Notes: a model not told the origin generated them from the letters alone. A stretch of DNA of 63,318 bases, filler included, from an uncultured virus (IMG/VR IMGVR_UViG_2061766007_002030) (5 parts of one record of this genome joined end to end with filler, not necessarily neighbours in it), one strand, 5' to 3'; counted from the whole stretch's first letter, positions 10,646 to 23,506 are shown. A program made the numbers and translations.

Positions 10646-11532
10646 ATGAATACAATCGCATCTTCNNNNNNNNNNTTCTTCCTTAACGAATACGAACTCA
10701 AGGACACCGACGTCAAAGACGAAGTCAAGGTTCGTGAACCCATCAACCACGTCTTCTGCTGCGATATTTCTGGCAGTATGTGGCGCAGCCTTCCCAAGAT
10801 GAGGGAACAGCTGAAGAACCGTCTGTCTTCCATCGTCGAAGAAAACGACACGATTTCTATTATCGTCTTCGCCGACCCCGAAGACTGCGTTATCGTGAAG
10901 GAACATGTTCACTGTAACAATGCTCGTGAACTCTCCGAACTTCACAAGGCAATTGACCGCTACTTGGTCGACCAGGGCTGTACCGACTTCTATACTCCGG
11001 TCAAGATGACCCATGACCTTATCCGCAAGGGAGAACGCTACAACTTCGTGTTCCTGTCCGACGGTTACCACAACTGCTGCGCCTATACCAAGGTACTTGA
11101 CGCTCTCCATGAACTTGCTCCGGAAATCGCCCAGTGTACCGTGATTGAATACGGTTACAACGCCGACAGTGACCGTCTGTCCGAAATGGCAGAAATCCTC
11201 GGCGGCTCCAAGATTCCGTCCGCCGACTTCGACGAATACGTGCCGATCATGGAAAACGTGTTCAAGGGTGGCGCAGTCTCGCCCAAGGTCAAGGTGTTCA
11301 TTACCGCTGAACCCAAGAACCTTATCAAGCCTGTTGTTATCTACATGAACGAGGGCACCAGCCAGGTGACTTCCGTGGTTGTCGAAGATGACGGCTACGC
11401 CATGTTGCCGACTTCCGTCAAGAAGTTCTGGACTGTTACTCGTTCCAACTCCGCTGCCGTTGTCAACAAGAAGCCGCTCGAATTGGACGGTTTCTACGCT
11501 GTGGCATACATCCTCGCCGACAAGCTCGAATA
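10646..11532 (+). CDS. vWA domain protein, N-terminal part
   Basis: MIDAS motif CDISGSM, GCTDF, FLSDG; TTTACA-17-TATAAT promoter upstream. Confidence 0.85.
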
Positions 11533-11633
11533 NNNNNNNNNNNNNNNNNNNNNNNNNNNNNNNNNNNNNNNNNNNNTTAATTAATTAANNNNNNNNNNNN
11601 NNNNNNNNNNNNNNNNNNNNNNNNNNNNNNNNT

Positions 11634-11821
11634 CTGACATGGACGGCGACAAGAAGAGCTTCGCTCGTCAGCTTGCCCAGATGAAGTTCGCAATGCTCGT
11701 CAGCCGCAAGTGGTTCGAAGGTTCTACCGACTTCGATGACAACACGGATACGATCCATTCCCAGTACGGTCTGGACATGACGATCGAATACCGCTTCGTC
11801 GACAAGAAGCAGAATCTCTAG
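11634..11821 (+). CDS. C-terminal fragment, probably of the vWA protein (misplaced)
   Basis: Open frame ending at TAG 11821 before a hairpin and the next promoter; link to the vWA gene is inferred. Confidence 0.5.
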
Positions 11822-11982
11822 TATTGGCTCATATAAACAATACGGGGCTGGGCGATGTCCCAGCCCCGTTATTTTTACTATATTGGATAACATATGGATA
11901 ATGAAATGACTATGAAAGGTGNNNNNNNNNNAGGGGCTGGGAGATGTCCCAGTCCCTTTCTTTTTACTATATTGGATAACAT

Positions 11983-12665
11983 ATGGATAATGAAATGACT
12001 ATGAAAGGTGGGCAGAACATGCCGTATCGTTCGTCCGTAATCTTGAACACGAAAGGCAACTTTTCTGAGGTTCACAGCATGACTGATTGGATTAAGGACA
12101 AGTCCACACGTGTTCTCAATATTACTCACGACGACTTGGACGGAGCAGTAGCTGGTATCGTCATTCGTAACGTGTATCCGGCTTGCATTACTGTAAGGAC
12201 AAATTACAGTGGTCCCGTTTACCGTGACGCTATCGAGGCAATCTCTAAGCCAGACACATACGACGCAATTATCTTCAGCGACTTCTGTCCGGATGATGCG
12301 ATGCTTGATGCCGTGCATGCCGTTCGCAAGCCTTACTTGGTGATCGACCATCACCAGACCGCCGTGGTGCGTGCTGATGATCCTTATGGCGAATATTTCG
12401 TCCAGGAAGGCCGCTGTGGCGCTTTATTGTGCTACGACTACTTCAAGGATATGGCTGACTTGAAAAAGCTCTACCAGCTGTGCGTGGTGACGAACGACCA
12501 TGACCTATGGCTGAGGAAGATGATTCCTATTTCGGACGACTTGAATACGCTGCTGTACGAATACGGCTATGACGCATTCATGACTAAATTCATGAACGGT
12601 CTGGAGCCAAACGGTAATCTTCCGGAAGATTCGAGGGCTATTCTCGCCAACCACGAGCATGAAGT
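11983..12665 (+). CDS. DHH family phosphoesterase, N-terminal part
   Basis: THDDLDG, SDF, IDHH, DHDLW motifs. Confidence 0.88.
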
Positions 12666-12675
12666 NNNNNNNNNN

Positions 12676-14217
12676 GACTCGTTCCAACTCCGCTGCAGTT
12701 GTCAACAAGAAGCCGATCGACTTGGACGGTTTCTACGCTGTGGCATACATCCTCGCCGACAAGCTCGAATACGACCTTGTGGAAGACTTGCTCTACTATA
12801 TTGGCGACAAGAAGTTCATCAGCCAGTACCAGTCTTCGTTCGGTAAGCAAAAGCTGTTCGTGTTCCAGACAGATCTTTCTGCTGCGGTGTTCGACAAGTC
12901 GCTGCGTGGCGAAATCGATCCGAACTACAAGGCATCCGATGACCGTTATTGCGTGATCGATTTCTTCAATGAACTCGCCACCAATACCGACAACCTTGTC
13001 CGTGTGGCTTCTGACGACTTCAGCTATAACCGTACCGGCGCTAAGTCGGTCGATAAGGTTGTGCTGACTGATGAAGAACAGAAGGCTCTTGCCGAAGCCA
13101 AGTCCGCTGCCGCTGCCCAGGCTATCCTTGACAAGGCAAAGGAACGTCAGGTCAAGATGACCAAGATCGACAAGGGTTATCCGCTGGATTCCTTCGTGTG
13201 GAACGAAGACCGTGCAAACCTCGGTGGCCTTTTCAACATCGANNNNNNNNNNTGTGTTCGACAAGTCGTTGCGTGGCGAAATCGATCCGAACTACAAGGC
13301 ATCCGATGACCGTTATTGCNNNNNNNNNNNNNNNNNNNNNNNNNNNNNNNNNNNNNNNNNNNNNNNNNNNNNNNNNNNNNNNNNNNNNNNNNNNNNNNNN
13401 NNNNNNNNNNNNNNNNNNNNNNNNNNNNNNNNNNNNNNNNNNNNNNNNNNNNNNNNNNNNNAGTCAAGATGACCAAGATCGACAAGGGTTATCCGCTGGA
13501 TTCTTTCGTGTGGAACGAAGACCGTGCAAACCTCGGTGGCCTCTTCAATATCGAAGTGGAACTCGAACTGCCGGAAAACAAGTTCGGTCTTACCAAGGTC
13601 AACTCTACCATCTTCCGTAACTACACCATCATCAAGGATGGTATCGTAAACATTCCGGTGCTTCCGTTGATTCTCACCAAGGCCACGCTCAACACCATCA
13701 AGAAGCATGAAGGCGTTGTCATTACTGTCCAGAAGGAACTTGACAACGGAATGACCCAGTGCATGGTGGATATCTCTGCCCTTCCGGTGATCAACAAGAA
13801 GAAGATCAAGGGTGCTAAGAAGTCCGAAATGACCAAGCTCGCCTTGAACCTCACCGACAGCAAGTTCTGTCTGAAGTACCTCAAGTCCCTCGTTACCAAG
13901 GAAGCTCCGGCTCCTCTCAGCGAAGGTTACACTCCGGAACAGGCCGACTACCTTGCTTCTCTCGGCATCACGTCCAAGGGCTACAATCCGCCCAAGGAAA
14001 CCGTCAAGGAAGGCGACTTCTATATGGCTCCGACCATCAACTCCGCATTCAAGGGCTTCTCTTCCGAACCGAAGATTGCCGACGTTCTTGACAAGGTCAA
14101 GAGTGGCAAGAAGCTTACTCCGTCCGTGGAATACATGGCCGCTGTCATCAAGCGCATCGACGAATATCTCGCCAAGAACTCTACCGACGCTAACCGTGAA
14201 GAAGTCATCAACCAGAT
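12676..14217 (+). CDS. vWA protein, middle part (gapped)
   Basis: Overlaps the end of 10646..11532 (TRSNSAAVVNKKP...ILADKLE). Confidence 0.75.
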
Positions 14218-15079
14218 NNNNNNNNNNNNNNNNNNNNNNNNNNNNNNNNNNNNNNNNNNNNNNNNNNNNNNNNNNNNNNNNNNNNNNNNNNNNNNNNNNN
14301 NNNNNNNNNNNNNNNNNNNNNNNNNNNNNNNNNNNNNNNNNNNNNNNNNNNNNNNNNNNNNNNNNNNNNNNNNNNNNNNNNNNNNNNNNNNNNNNNNNNN
14401 NNNNNNNNNNNNNNNNNNNNNNNNNNNNNNNNNNNNNNNNNNNNNNNNNNNNNNNNNNNNNNNNNNNNNNNNNNNNNNNNNNNNNNNNNNNNNNNNNNNN
14501 NNNNNNNNNNNNNNNNNNNNNNNNNNNNNNNNNNNNNNNNNNNNNNNNNNNNNNNNNNNNNNNNNNNNNNNNNNNNNNNNNNNNNNNNNNNNNNNNNNNN
14601 NNNNNNNNNNNNNNNNNNNNNNNNNNNNNNNNNNNNNNNNNNNNNNNNNNNNNNNNNNNNNNNNNNNNNNNNNNNNNNNNNNNNNNNNNNNNNNNNNNNN
14701 NNNNNNNNNNNNNNNNNNNNNNNNNNNNNNNNNNNNNNNNNNNNNNNNNNNNNNNNNNNNNNNNNNNNNNNNNNNNNNNNNNNNNNNNNNNNNNNNNNNN
14801 NNNNNNNNNNNNNNNNNNNNNNNNNNNNNNNNNNNNNNNNNNNNNNNNNNNNNNNNNNNNNNNNNNNNNNNNNNNNNNNNNNNNNNNNNNNNNNNNNNNN
14901 NNNNNNNNNNNNNNNNNNNNNNNNNNNNNNNNNNNNNNNNNNNNNNNNNNNNNNNNNNNNNNNNNNNNNNNNNNNNNNNNNNNNNNNNNNNNNNNNNNNN
15001 NNNNNNNNNNNNNNNNNNNNNNNNNNNNNNNNNNNNNNNNNNNNNNNNNNNNNNNNNNNNNNNNNNNNNNNNNNNNNNN

Positions 15080-15503
15080 TTATGACACATTCATGACGAA
15101 ATTCATGAACGGTCTGGAGCCAAACGGAAATCTTCCGGAAGATTCGAGGGCTATTCTCGCCAACCACGAGCATGAAGTGGAAGAATACATCGCAAAGTGT
15201 GTCCAGCATGAGCTTCCGTACAACGGACACTATATCGAGTGTGACAAGTTCAATTCCGATATCAACATGCGATTGACTCCGCAGTACGATTGGTTGGTGA
15301 TGGCTGGAACCGATGGCGTAGATCCGGGAATGACAAAGCTGTCCTTCCGTACTAGACGAAAGGACATCAACATTGGTCAGACGCTAAAGGAGTTCGGTCG
15401 AGGCGGTGGCGGTCATCCGGCTGCAGCTGGACAGACAATTCCTACTGTAGAACGTGACGAATTCATCCAGCAAGTCGGCGACAAGCTATTTGGTGGTAAA
15501 TAA
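15080..15503 (+). CDS. DHH/DHHA1 phosphoesterase, C-terminal part
   Basis: Overlaps 11983..12665 (FMTKFMNGLEP); SFRT and GGGGHPAAAG motifs. Confidence 0.88.
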
Positions 15504-15531
15504 AAAAGGCGGCTCATTGAGCCGCTTTTTA
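15503..15531. terminator. Bidirectional terminator between convergent genes
   Basis: AAAAAAGGCGGCTC-ATT-GAGCCGCTTTTT. Confidence 0.75.
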
Positions 15532-16119
15532 TTAATAATCGTTAATGGTTTCTGGATCATCGAACATTTGCCGAGTTTCGTCATAATCGGACAATACACC
15601 CATATCATCTATATCGGTTTTAGGGTCGTCAGAAATTGCGAGATTATTTTTTACCAATTTCTGGTCGATATCTTGTTGATTAATGGTCCCGCTCCAGTCC
15701 ATTTCGCCATAACTTGGCTTCGTCATTTTCTTGCGGTCAGCTGGGTTGACTGGCGTATTGTTGACATAATCCCAGTTTACTGCGGTCTTTTCTTCCGGAA
15801 AGGCTGATGTCGACATTTGTTCTTTGAACTTGTCAGTATCTACAGTGTCGAACGTATCTACATCGTCTTGTTCTACGGTGGCGATGTCAGATTGCATTTC
15901 CATCAAACCGAACTTGCCACGAATCATGTTGATTTCGTCTTTTTCTGCTTGAGTTGCGGCAACAGCCTCTAGCTGAGCCAAGGTACGAACGAACATGTTT
16001 TCTGTACCGAACTTGGCAACATACTTACCGCGTACTGCATTGATCGTATCACGTTCCTGTTGTGTGCAAGAGACGGATTCTAGCTGTGCCAGCGCATTCA
16101 TGAATTGGTTGTTCAACAT
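15532..16119 (-). CDS. Hypothetical protein with two tandem ~33-aa N-terminal repeats
   Basis: FMNALAQLESVS...INAVRGKY and FVRTLAQLEAVA...INMIRGKF; ATAAACT upstream. Confidence 0.75.
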   Translation of the reverse strand: MLNNQFMNALAQLESVSCTQQERDTINAVRGKYVAKFGTENMFVRTLAQLEAVAATQAEKDEINMIRGKFGLMEMQSDIATVEQDDVDTFDTVDTDKFKEQMSTSAFPEEKTAVNWDYVNNTPVNPADRKKMTKPSYGEMDWSGTINQQDIDQKLVKNNLAISDDPKTDIDDMGVLSDYDETRQMFDDPETINDY

Positions 16120-16214
16120 ATAAATACTCGTTTGATTTTATAACCGTAGTTTATCAAAAAGAAAAACTCACTCATATCGAATGAGTGAGTTTAATGATAT
16201 ATCAATGACCCAAA

Positions 16215-17444
16215 TTAGATCTGCTTGACGTTCGGCAGCAGCTTGAGCACTTGATAGAAAGCGTTCTGAATAATGTCGTCAATGCTTGCACGAGTCATGA
16301 GAACGGTTTCTTGGTTGGTTGCTGAGTCAAACGAAGCCGAAATCGACACACCGTCTGCGTTAGACTTGGTAGCTTCGGTTTGGGTAAACTGGATTTTCCA
16401 GTGTTCAGAGAATGCTTCGCCGTTCTTGATTGGGGCATGCTCATTCAGATCGACAGTATTGCCGCTACCAGACAAAGATACGCCATTAGTAGCCATTTCG
16501 TAAGCGATACGGATAGGAATGTTTACGCCTTCGCCACGGAACAAGAAATTACCGGTATTCTTATCAGTTACGAACAACGACGTATCAACTTTAAGGCCCC
16601 AGTCTTGGATCTTGCGCTTGACGGTCGTCTTTGTTCCGACATTTGCGTCACGGTTCTGTCCGATAATCGCCTTGTACATATTACGGATATTGTCAGCTTG
16701 GGCTGCGGTTGCCGTGATGATTGCATTGAGGCGATCTTGGAGATCGGTTGCAAATGTTTCCGGCTTCGTTTTGAGAGAGGCCAAATAGTTGTTGTGGTCA
16801 GTCTCACGCTGGGCTTGGAACTTATTGACTGTAGCGTGGGCAACATTGTCAAGCCAGTCACAACCAGACAGGATCACCTTGATAGTGTCGAATGCATGCA
16901 AGATATTGTTCAAGTTATTAGTCTCAACTTGATATTGGCGCAGAGTAGTTTTATCTACTTGTAGAGCATTCAGTAGATCCTCATTTTCTGTAGCGAATTC
17001 ATCGGCATTAACTCCATCTTTAAATTCATTGATGTGAGCTGCACGTTTCATTGCATTGAGTTGACCCATGTGACCAACTATGGACTGATTGATAACCTCA
17101 ATTTGTCCATTAATCTCACCGAGCTCTTCATTAATATCCTCGGCCTCGTTAAGATCGATTCCGTGCTCTGTAATGCTGTTACGAAGCTGTTCTGTAGTTA
17201 CGTTATGCAGTACATCTTGGAATTCTTGGTCGCCCAAGTATTTCTTACATGTATCAATAAAGGTAGATAGCTGTGTCTTGATTGCTTGACCTTGCTGATC
17301 AAGGTTACCCATATCAGCGTAATTACCGGTGCTACAATTCTTTACGTTGGTCAAGAACTCGTCGATAGAAGGAAGGAATTCAGTTATGCTTGCAGTGCCA
17401 TTTGCGCTGACGGCATCGGTAATGGCGGTCTTCATGTCTACTAG
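16215..17444 (-). CDS. Large helical hypothetical protein, C-terminal part (continuation of 18395..19212, misoriented)
   Basis: Starts LVDMKT, the residues at which the + ORF at 19196-19212 ends. Confidence 0.7.
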   Translation of the reverse strand, partial: LVDMKTAITDAVSANGTASITEFLPSIDEFLTNVKNCSTGNYADMGNLDQQGQAIKTQLSTFIDTCKKYLGDQEFQDVLHNVTTEQLRNSITEHGIDLNEAEDINEELGEINGQIEVINQSIVGHMGQLNAMKRAAHINEFKDGVNADEFATENEDLLNALQVDKTTLRQYQVETNNLNNILHAFDTIKVILSGCDWLDNVAHATVNKFQAQRETDHNNYLASLKTKPETFATDLQDRLNAIITATAAQADNIRNMYKAIIGQNRDANVGTKTTVKRKIQDWGLKVDTSLFVTDKNTGNFLFRGEGVNIPIRIAYEMATNGVSLSGSGNTVDLNEHAPIKNGEAFSEHWKIQFTQTEATKSNADGVSISASFDSATNQETVLMTRASIDDIIQNAFYQVLKLLPNVKQI

Positions 17445-17454
17445 NNNNNNNNNN

Positions 17455-18019
17455 GTCGCCTTGTACAGTTCAAACATCGCCACCACGGTTCCGTCATCGG
17501 ACTCGAACCGAACGAAATCGTCATGGCCAGTCAGCGCCACGCCAGTAACTTCCTTGTACTGTTCCGACATGCGAGCAACCGCAGCCTTCTTTGTCGGATG
17601 GTAAGTCGTGATNNNNNNNNNNNNNNNNNNNNNNNNNNNNNNNNNNNNNNNNNNNNNNNNNNNNNNNNNNNNNNNNNNNNNNNNNNNNNNNNNNNNNNNN
17701 NNTGACTTGCTGGCTTCAGCTAATTCTCGTTTTACAGAATCTTTATTTTTTGACATCGCTAACATCCGTTGGTTTAGGTGAAATAAGACCAATATCGGTC
17801 AACCACTTGACGTAATTGCCTTGGAACGGAGTCAATTCGCCGTCCTTNNNNNNNNNNCGACTTGACGACGGTCTGCCCGTCCTCTATAGTCCTAACCTTC
17901 GATTCAAGAACATATGTCGCCTTACAAGCCTTCACATGAGCCATTGTCTGGGCAATCTTGTCGACCGACTTGCTGGCTTCAGCTAATTCTCGCTTTACAG
18001 AATCCTTATTTTTTGACAT
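17455..18019 (-). CDS. Hypothetical protein (MSKNKDSVKREL...), fragmented and duplicated
   Basis: Two variant copies across gaps. Confidence 0.5.
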
Positions 18020-18308
18020 CGCTAACATCCGTTGGTTTAGGTGAAATCAGACCAATATCTGTCAACCACTTGACGTAATTGCCTTGGAACGGAGTCAATT
18101 CGCCGTCCTTCATAGCCTTTCTTACACATTGACACAAAGTACACAGCGATCGTTCAAGTTCAATTCCCCTGGCAAAATCCGGATCATATTCCAATCCGTC
18201 CTCGACCGACGCCTTGGCGTCCATTGCGTCCTCAAATGTAGCTGACATGATGGCACGCATGAGACCATGCATCGTAATCGGGTCTAATCTGTCTAATGGC
18301 ATACTCAT
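18006..18308 (-). CDS. Hypothetical protein
   Basis: TTGCCG-17-TATATT on the minus strand, 7 nt before the ATG. Confidence 0.7.
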   Translation of the reverse strand: MSMPLDRLDPITMHGLMRAIMSATFEDAMDAKASVEDGLEYDPDFARGIELERSLCTLCQCVRKAMKDGELTPFQGNYVKWLTDIGLISPKPTDVSDVKK

Positions 18309-18394
18309 GGCTCAAAATATAGTAAACAATGCTTTAAACGGCAATAATCAACTAAAAAGATATAAACTCCATGTAAATCAGTCTGGTTGATAAT

Positions 18395-19212
18395 ATGACT
18401 AATCAAGAGCGTTTTCACTGGTTCGATGTATATCTAGAATCAATCGAAGGACTCAGTCCGTCCATCAAAAAACCCATTTCTCAGCTCGCTCGCTGCGTGT
18501 TCGAGGCGGAAACCGGAATCGACGTAAGTAATGCCCCAGTCGACGTTGCTGACATTCTGGGAATCCAAAATGTAATTGATACTATCAGCGATAGCATCGA
18601 CAACAAGAAACCGCTTCCAAAAGATATCGTGCAGCAGATCAACGACCTTACTTACGCAATCGACAAGCTCCAAGACTCCAACGACTTGAAGAACTTGGAT
18701 ACGTCTGCTGCTAAGGCTGCCATCAACACATTCGCGAATACGAAGCCGATGATCGACCGCCTCAATAGAGAACTAGCTGACCTCAAGCGTCAATATAGTG
18801 GACTAAACCGCAACATGGATCCGCAGAAACTCCAGGAATTGAGCGAACAAGTCGCTACCATCAACAATACGAAACGTATGCTTGATGCTATCGGCAAGCC
18901 GTATGATCAGCTCAAGTCACACTTGGATATGCTTGATCAAGCAATCAACAATGCCAAGCACGATGAACGCAATCTCAACTACCGTCAGCATGAGTTCGAC
19001 CAGTTTGTAAAGAACAAGGCGATCGACGATCAGCGTATGGCAATTAAACGCCAAGCTGTGCGTGATAACGCCAGCCAGGAAAAGGCGGCATCGGCCAATG
19101 CAGAAAAGGATATCAATACTTCTGCAACACCAAAAGCCGATATTTCAAAATTGTTCACCAAGCCAGAAGAAAAACTGTCTCCGCAAGAACAAGCTCTGGT
19201 AGACATGAAGAC
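18395..19212 (+). CDS. Coiled-coil hypothetical protein, N-terminal part
   Basis: ATAAACT upstream; YLESI...CVFE motif. Confidence 0.75.
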
Positions 19213-19461
19213 NNNNNNNNNNNNNNNNNNNNNNNNNNNNNNNNNNNNNNNNNNNNNNNNNNNNNNNNNNNNNNNNNNNNNNNNNNNNNNNNNNNNNNNN
19301 NNNNNNNNNNNNNNNNNNNNNNNNNNNNNNNNNNNNNNNNNNNNNNNNNNNNNNNNNNNNNNNNNNNNNNNNNNNNNNNNNNNNNNNNNNNNNNNNNNNN
19401 NNNNNNNNNNNNNNNNNNNNNNNNNNNNNNNNNNTTGGAATGACAGGAGCAAGTAGTATTT

Positions 19462-19701
19462 ATGCCGCAGAAAGAAGAACTTAGGAAATCTATTGTATTT
19501 GACGAAGTTAATGCTACATTGAATCGAATGGGAATTATTGCGAATAACAGCAACGATCCGGTCGAGGTGTTCTTGGCTACGCAGATGGAAGCGATTATTG
19601 GCCGAGTGGTCGAGGATATCGTGATGACCTTGAGGAATCCAGCGCTTGATGCCACTGCGGAAGAGTTCATGAAGGCTGCCTTGGAAGACCAGAAAAAATA
19701 G
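19462..19701 (+). CDS. Hypothetical protein
   Basis: 79-aa ORF; variant end repeated at 20035-20098. Confidence 0.55.
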   Translation: MPQKEELRKSIVFDEVNATLNRMGIIANNSNDPVEVFLATQMEAIIGRVVEDIVMTLRNPALDATAEEFMKAALEDQKK

Positions 19702-19760
19702 GCTTGCCAACAAGTAGATATATTGCTATATTCTGTATATCAAACAGAGAGGAATTCATC

Positions 19761-19916
19761 ATGAAAGAAAAACTTATCGATCTTAAAGAAAAGTCTGTGA
19801 TCGCCTTGGCGATTGTCGGTATTCTGTCCATCGGACTGACCATCGTGCGTCTTGTAACTTCCAAGCGTGCATCGGATGATCAGAAGTTCGGTGTCGAAAT
19901 GGAACCGGAAGAATAA
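19761..19916 (+). CDS. Small single-TM membrane protein
   Basis: TTGCCA-17-TATATT promoter, GAGG RBS, hydrophobic stretch; terminator at 19943-19972. Confidence 0.65.
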   Translation: MKEKLIDLKEKSVIALAIVGILSIGLTIVRLVTSKRASDDQKFGVEMEPEE

Positions 19917-20265
19917 TCGATTTTTGGTTGGTTTGTGTCCTGGGACGGTGGTCGAAAGACCGCCGTCTTTTTATGTGTAAAATTTAATAAACCTGTTACA
20001 AACAAGTAAATTAATTGCTATATTNNNNNNNNNNCCCAGCGCTTGATGCCACTGCGGAAGAGTTCATGAAAGCTGCCTTGGAAGACCAGAAAAAATAGTC
20101 TTGCCAACCAGTGGATATATTGCTATATTCTGAGTATCAAACATAGAGGAATTCATCATGAAAGAAAAACTTATCGATCTTAAAGAAAAGTCTGNNNNNN
20201 NNNNTTTGCGTGTAAAATTTAATAAACCTGTTACAAACAAGTAAATTAATTGCTATATTTTGGAT

Positions 20266-21747
20266 ATGTCTGACGAAAGTCTAATTAAAACCATAGATAA
20301 TCAAGTCGAAATTCTTACGAAAAGCATACAAGAAGGCCGTGCGCTCCACTTGAGGGACGAACGAGTTGCTCCTAACGATGGATATGAGAACTACGAGACG
20401 ATCGTGGAGGCTCAGGTCACCGATGCCCTGCAGTACGAGAAGAAGGCTGCCGTCGACACTCTTAAAGCACTCAAACAATACCTACTGGTAGAGGGACTAT
20501 GACAGATCGAGAATCCGTTATGATGTTCATGGACAAGCCGTTCAGCTTACTAAACAAGTTCTTAATATCGAAAGGATTTGTTCCGAGTCGTGGACAGCGG
20601 GACCGCACTCACAAGATGAACAAGGTAATATACCGGCTGCATACACGGAATGAACACTTGAAAATATCGGTATGGCATCTCTGGCTGGATCCGGACAAGT
20701 TCGGAATCTCGTCGCCGGGATACGTTACCGACATCGAATATACTAATCTCGATCCTAAGGAAGAAGAGAATGTACGGAATGGTTGATGACATCTGGGAAC
20801 GGTTTACCGAGGAGCTGCTTGGCGTAGCGACGAATCTCGGAATCGTTGCCGAGTACCCTAACGACAAGCTGCTGGTGATATTTGTCGCATACAAGTGCGA
20901 CGTTATCCAGCTGTCCGCCGAAGAAACCAAGTATGTCGACGATATGATGAACAAGGTTGTTCTGACTGGCCGTATTGAAGGCAATGTGCAGAGCGCTCTC
21001 AACGATCCGGAATTCTACAAGGCGATGTTCTAATGGTTATTACTCACTCGGAAGACAAGTTAACGGTAAAGGACGGCGACACGGTCTACGCAGAGCTGGA
21101 CTTGCAAACGTACTATCAAAATAACGACGAGACTATCGACGAGGCAGTATTTCATGCCTTGAAGAACTTGCAAGCGCAGCTGATGTTGACCGCCGAACCA
21201 AAGGAAGTTGANNNNNNNNNNGCTGATGTTGACAGCCGAACCAAAGGAAGTTGACGATTCGGTTGCATGCGCCGCATCGATCTTGATCGACCGTATCCGA
21301 GCGAAGAAAAAGCACACCGCCAGCTATCGAGAACACACGTTTTCTTATTAACCCATAACAACATAAACAGGACACACATGACATCAACCGTTCTTCGCAA
21401 CAGGTTCCGGGACGAATATCGTCGTTCAATCAAAGCTATACCAAACCGTGACGTAGAGGTCATATACATACAGCGTGCCAAGGAAGGCGACCGTGCAGCC
21501 ACGACTAGGCTGATCTACAAGTACATTCCCTTCTTGTACAAGATGGCAAAGCAGCTGTCTAATAGTGCATACAACCTTACTATCGATGAACTGGTTAATT
21601 CCGCTGTGTTCGGCTTGCCCAAGGCCGTGAAGGAATTTGATCCGAGCAGAGGTACCGCCTTTTATACATACTTCTCGGCGAAGGCTCTGAACGAAATGAA
21701 GAAAGCTTCGTTTGCCAGCCTCCTTATCCACCGTCCGGAAAATATCT
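20266..21747 (+). other. Haplotype A of an operon: four small hypothetical CDSs (20266, 20499, 20779, 21033) plus the N-terminal half of the sigma factor (21378)
   Basis: Overlapping stop/start ORFs, repeated with substitutions at 21759-23130. Confidence 0.75.
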
Positions 21748-21758
21748 NNNNNNNNNNG

Positions 21759-22740
21759 GACGGCCGTGCGCTCCACTTGAGGGACGAACGGGTTGCTCCT
21801 AACGATGGATATGAGAACTACGAGACGATCGTTGAGGCTCAGGTCACCGATGCCCTGCAGTACGAAAAGAAGGCTGCCGTCGACACTCTTAAAGCACTCA
21901 AACAATACCTACTGGTAGAGGGACTATGACAGATCAAGAATCCGTTATGATGTTCATTGACAAGCCGTTCAGCTTACTAAACAAGTTTTTAATATCGAAA
22001 GGCTTTATAGCGAGTCGTGGTCAACGGGACCGCACTCACAAGATGAACAAGGTAATATTCAAGCTGCATAAACGGAATGAACACGTGAAAATATCTGTAT
22101 GGCATCTCTGGCTGGATCCGAACGAATACGGAATTTCCATGCCGGGATACGTTACCGATATCGAATACACGGATCTTGATCCGAAGGAAGAGTCGAATGT
22201 ACGGAATGGTTGATGACATCTGGGAACGGTTTACCGAGGAGCTGNNNNNNNNNNTGTGGCTACCAATCTTGGTATCGTTGCCGAGTACCCTAACGACAAG
22301 CTGCTGGTGATGTTTGTCGCATACAAGTGCGGCGTTGTTCAGTTGACAGCAGAAGAATCCAAGTACGTCGACGATATGATGGGCAAGGTGGTTCTGACTG
22401 GCCGTATTGAAGGCAATGTGCAGAGCGCTCTCAACGATCCGGAATTCTATAAGGCGATGTTCTAATGGTCATTACTCACTCGGAAGAAAAATTGACAGTC
22501 AAGGACGGTGACAATGTCTACGCAGAATTGGACATGGGTAAGTTCTATGACTGTAAAGACGAAACGATCGACGAGGCTGTCCTCCGTGCATTGAAAAATC
22601 TGCAAGCACAGCTGATGCTAACCGCAGAGCCGAAGGAAACTGACGATACAGTCGCATGCGCCGCATCGATATTGATTGACCGTATCCGAGCGAAGAAGAA
22701 AGCAACCGCCAGCTATCGGGAACACACGTTTATTTATTAA
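21759..22740 (+). other. Haplotype B of the same four small CDSs
   Basis: Same gene order with amino-acid substitutions. Confidence 0.75.
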
Positions 22741-22765
22741 CCCAAACAACATAAACAGGACACAC

Positions 22766-23506
22766 ATGACAACAACCGTTCTTCGTAACAGGTTCAGAGA
22801 CGAATATCGTCGTTCCATACAAGCTATACCAAACCGTGATGTGGAAGCCATCTACATCCAGCGTGCCAAAGAAGGAGATCGTGCGGCCACAACCAGGCTG
22901 ATCTACAAGTACATTCCCTTCTTGTACAAGATGGCCAAGCAGCTATCTACTAGCGCATACAACCTTACGATCGACGAGCTGGTTAATTCCGCCGTGTTCG
23001 GTTTGCCCAAGGCAGTGAAGGAATTCGATTCGAGTCGAGGCACTGCCTTTTATACATACTTTTCGGCAAAGGCATTGAACGAAATGAAGAAAGCGTCTTT
23101 CGCAAGCCTTCTTATCCATCGTCCGGAAAATATCTTGAAGTCCAAGGACACCACAAAGACGTCGGTCGCCATGCTTTCTACCGACATGAAAGTAGATGGA
23201 AAGCGTTCTATCAGCGAGTTGCTTCGCAGCGACGCCAGTACTGAAGAAGGCACCGTAGATAACGAGAATACAAAACTGATGGAAAGCTTCTTGTCGATGG
23301 TCAGCGACAATGAGCGTGAAGTGCTCAACCGTCTGTTCGTCTATGGCGACGATTCGGTAACATTGCGTAGCGTTGGTTCTGACATGAATGTCTCTCATGA
23401 ACGTGTGCGCCAGATTCGTAATGCGGCATTGAACCGTATCCGTAAGAGTCCGCAATATGAGAACATGGTCGCAGAGGCAAAATATCTGCGAAAGGAAGCT
23501 GTATGA
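22766..23506 (+). CDS. Phage-encoded sigma70-family RNA polymerase sigma factor
   Basis: AKEGDRAA..LI, GLPKAVKEFD.SRGTAFYTY (region 2); TLRSVGSDMNVSHERVRQI (region 4 HTH). Confidence 0.88.
   Translation: MTTTVLRNRFRDEYRRSIQAIPNRDVEAIYIQRAKEGDRAATTRLIYKYIPFLYKMAKQLSTSAYNLTIDELVNSAVFGLPKAVKEFDSSRGTAFYTYFSAKALNEMKKASFASLLIHRPENILKSKDTTKTSVAMLSTDMKVDGKRSISELLRSDASTEEGTVDNENTKLMESFLSMVSDNEREVLNRLFVYGDDSVTLRSVGSDMNVSHERVRQIRNAALNRIRKSPQYENMVAEAKYLRKEAV

Noticed and set aside
10646..15503. Interleaved vWA and DHH gene pieces suggesting nested genes or introns
   Set aside because: The pieces overlap each other in sequence at gap edges; contig order is scrambled
16215..19212. Gene split across opposite strands (LVDMKT junction) suggesting an invertible segment
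   Set aside because: Both breakpoints are at gaps, with no inverted repeats or invertase; likely scaffold misorientation
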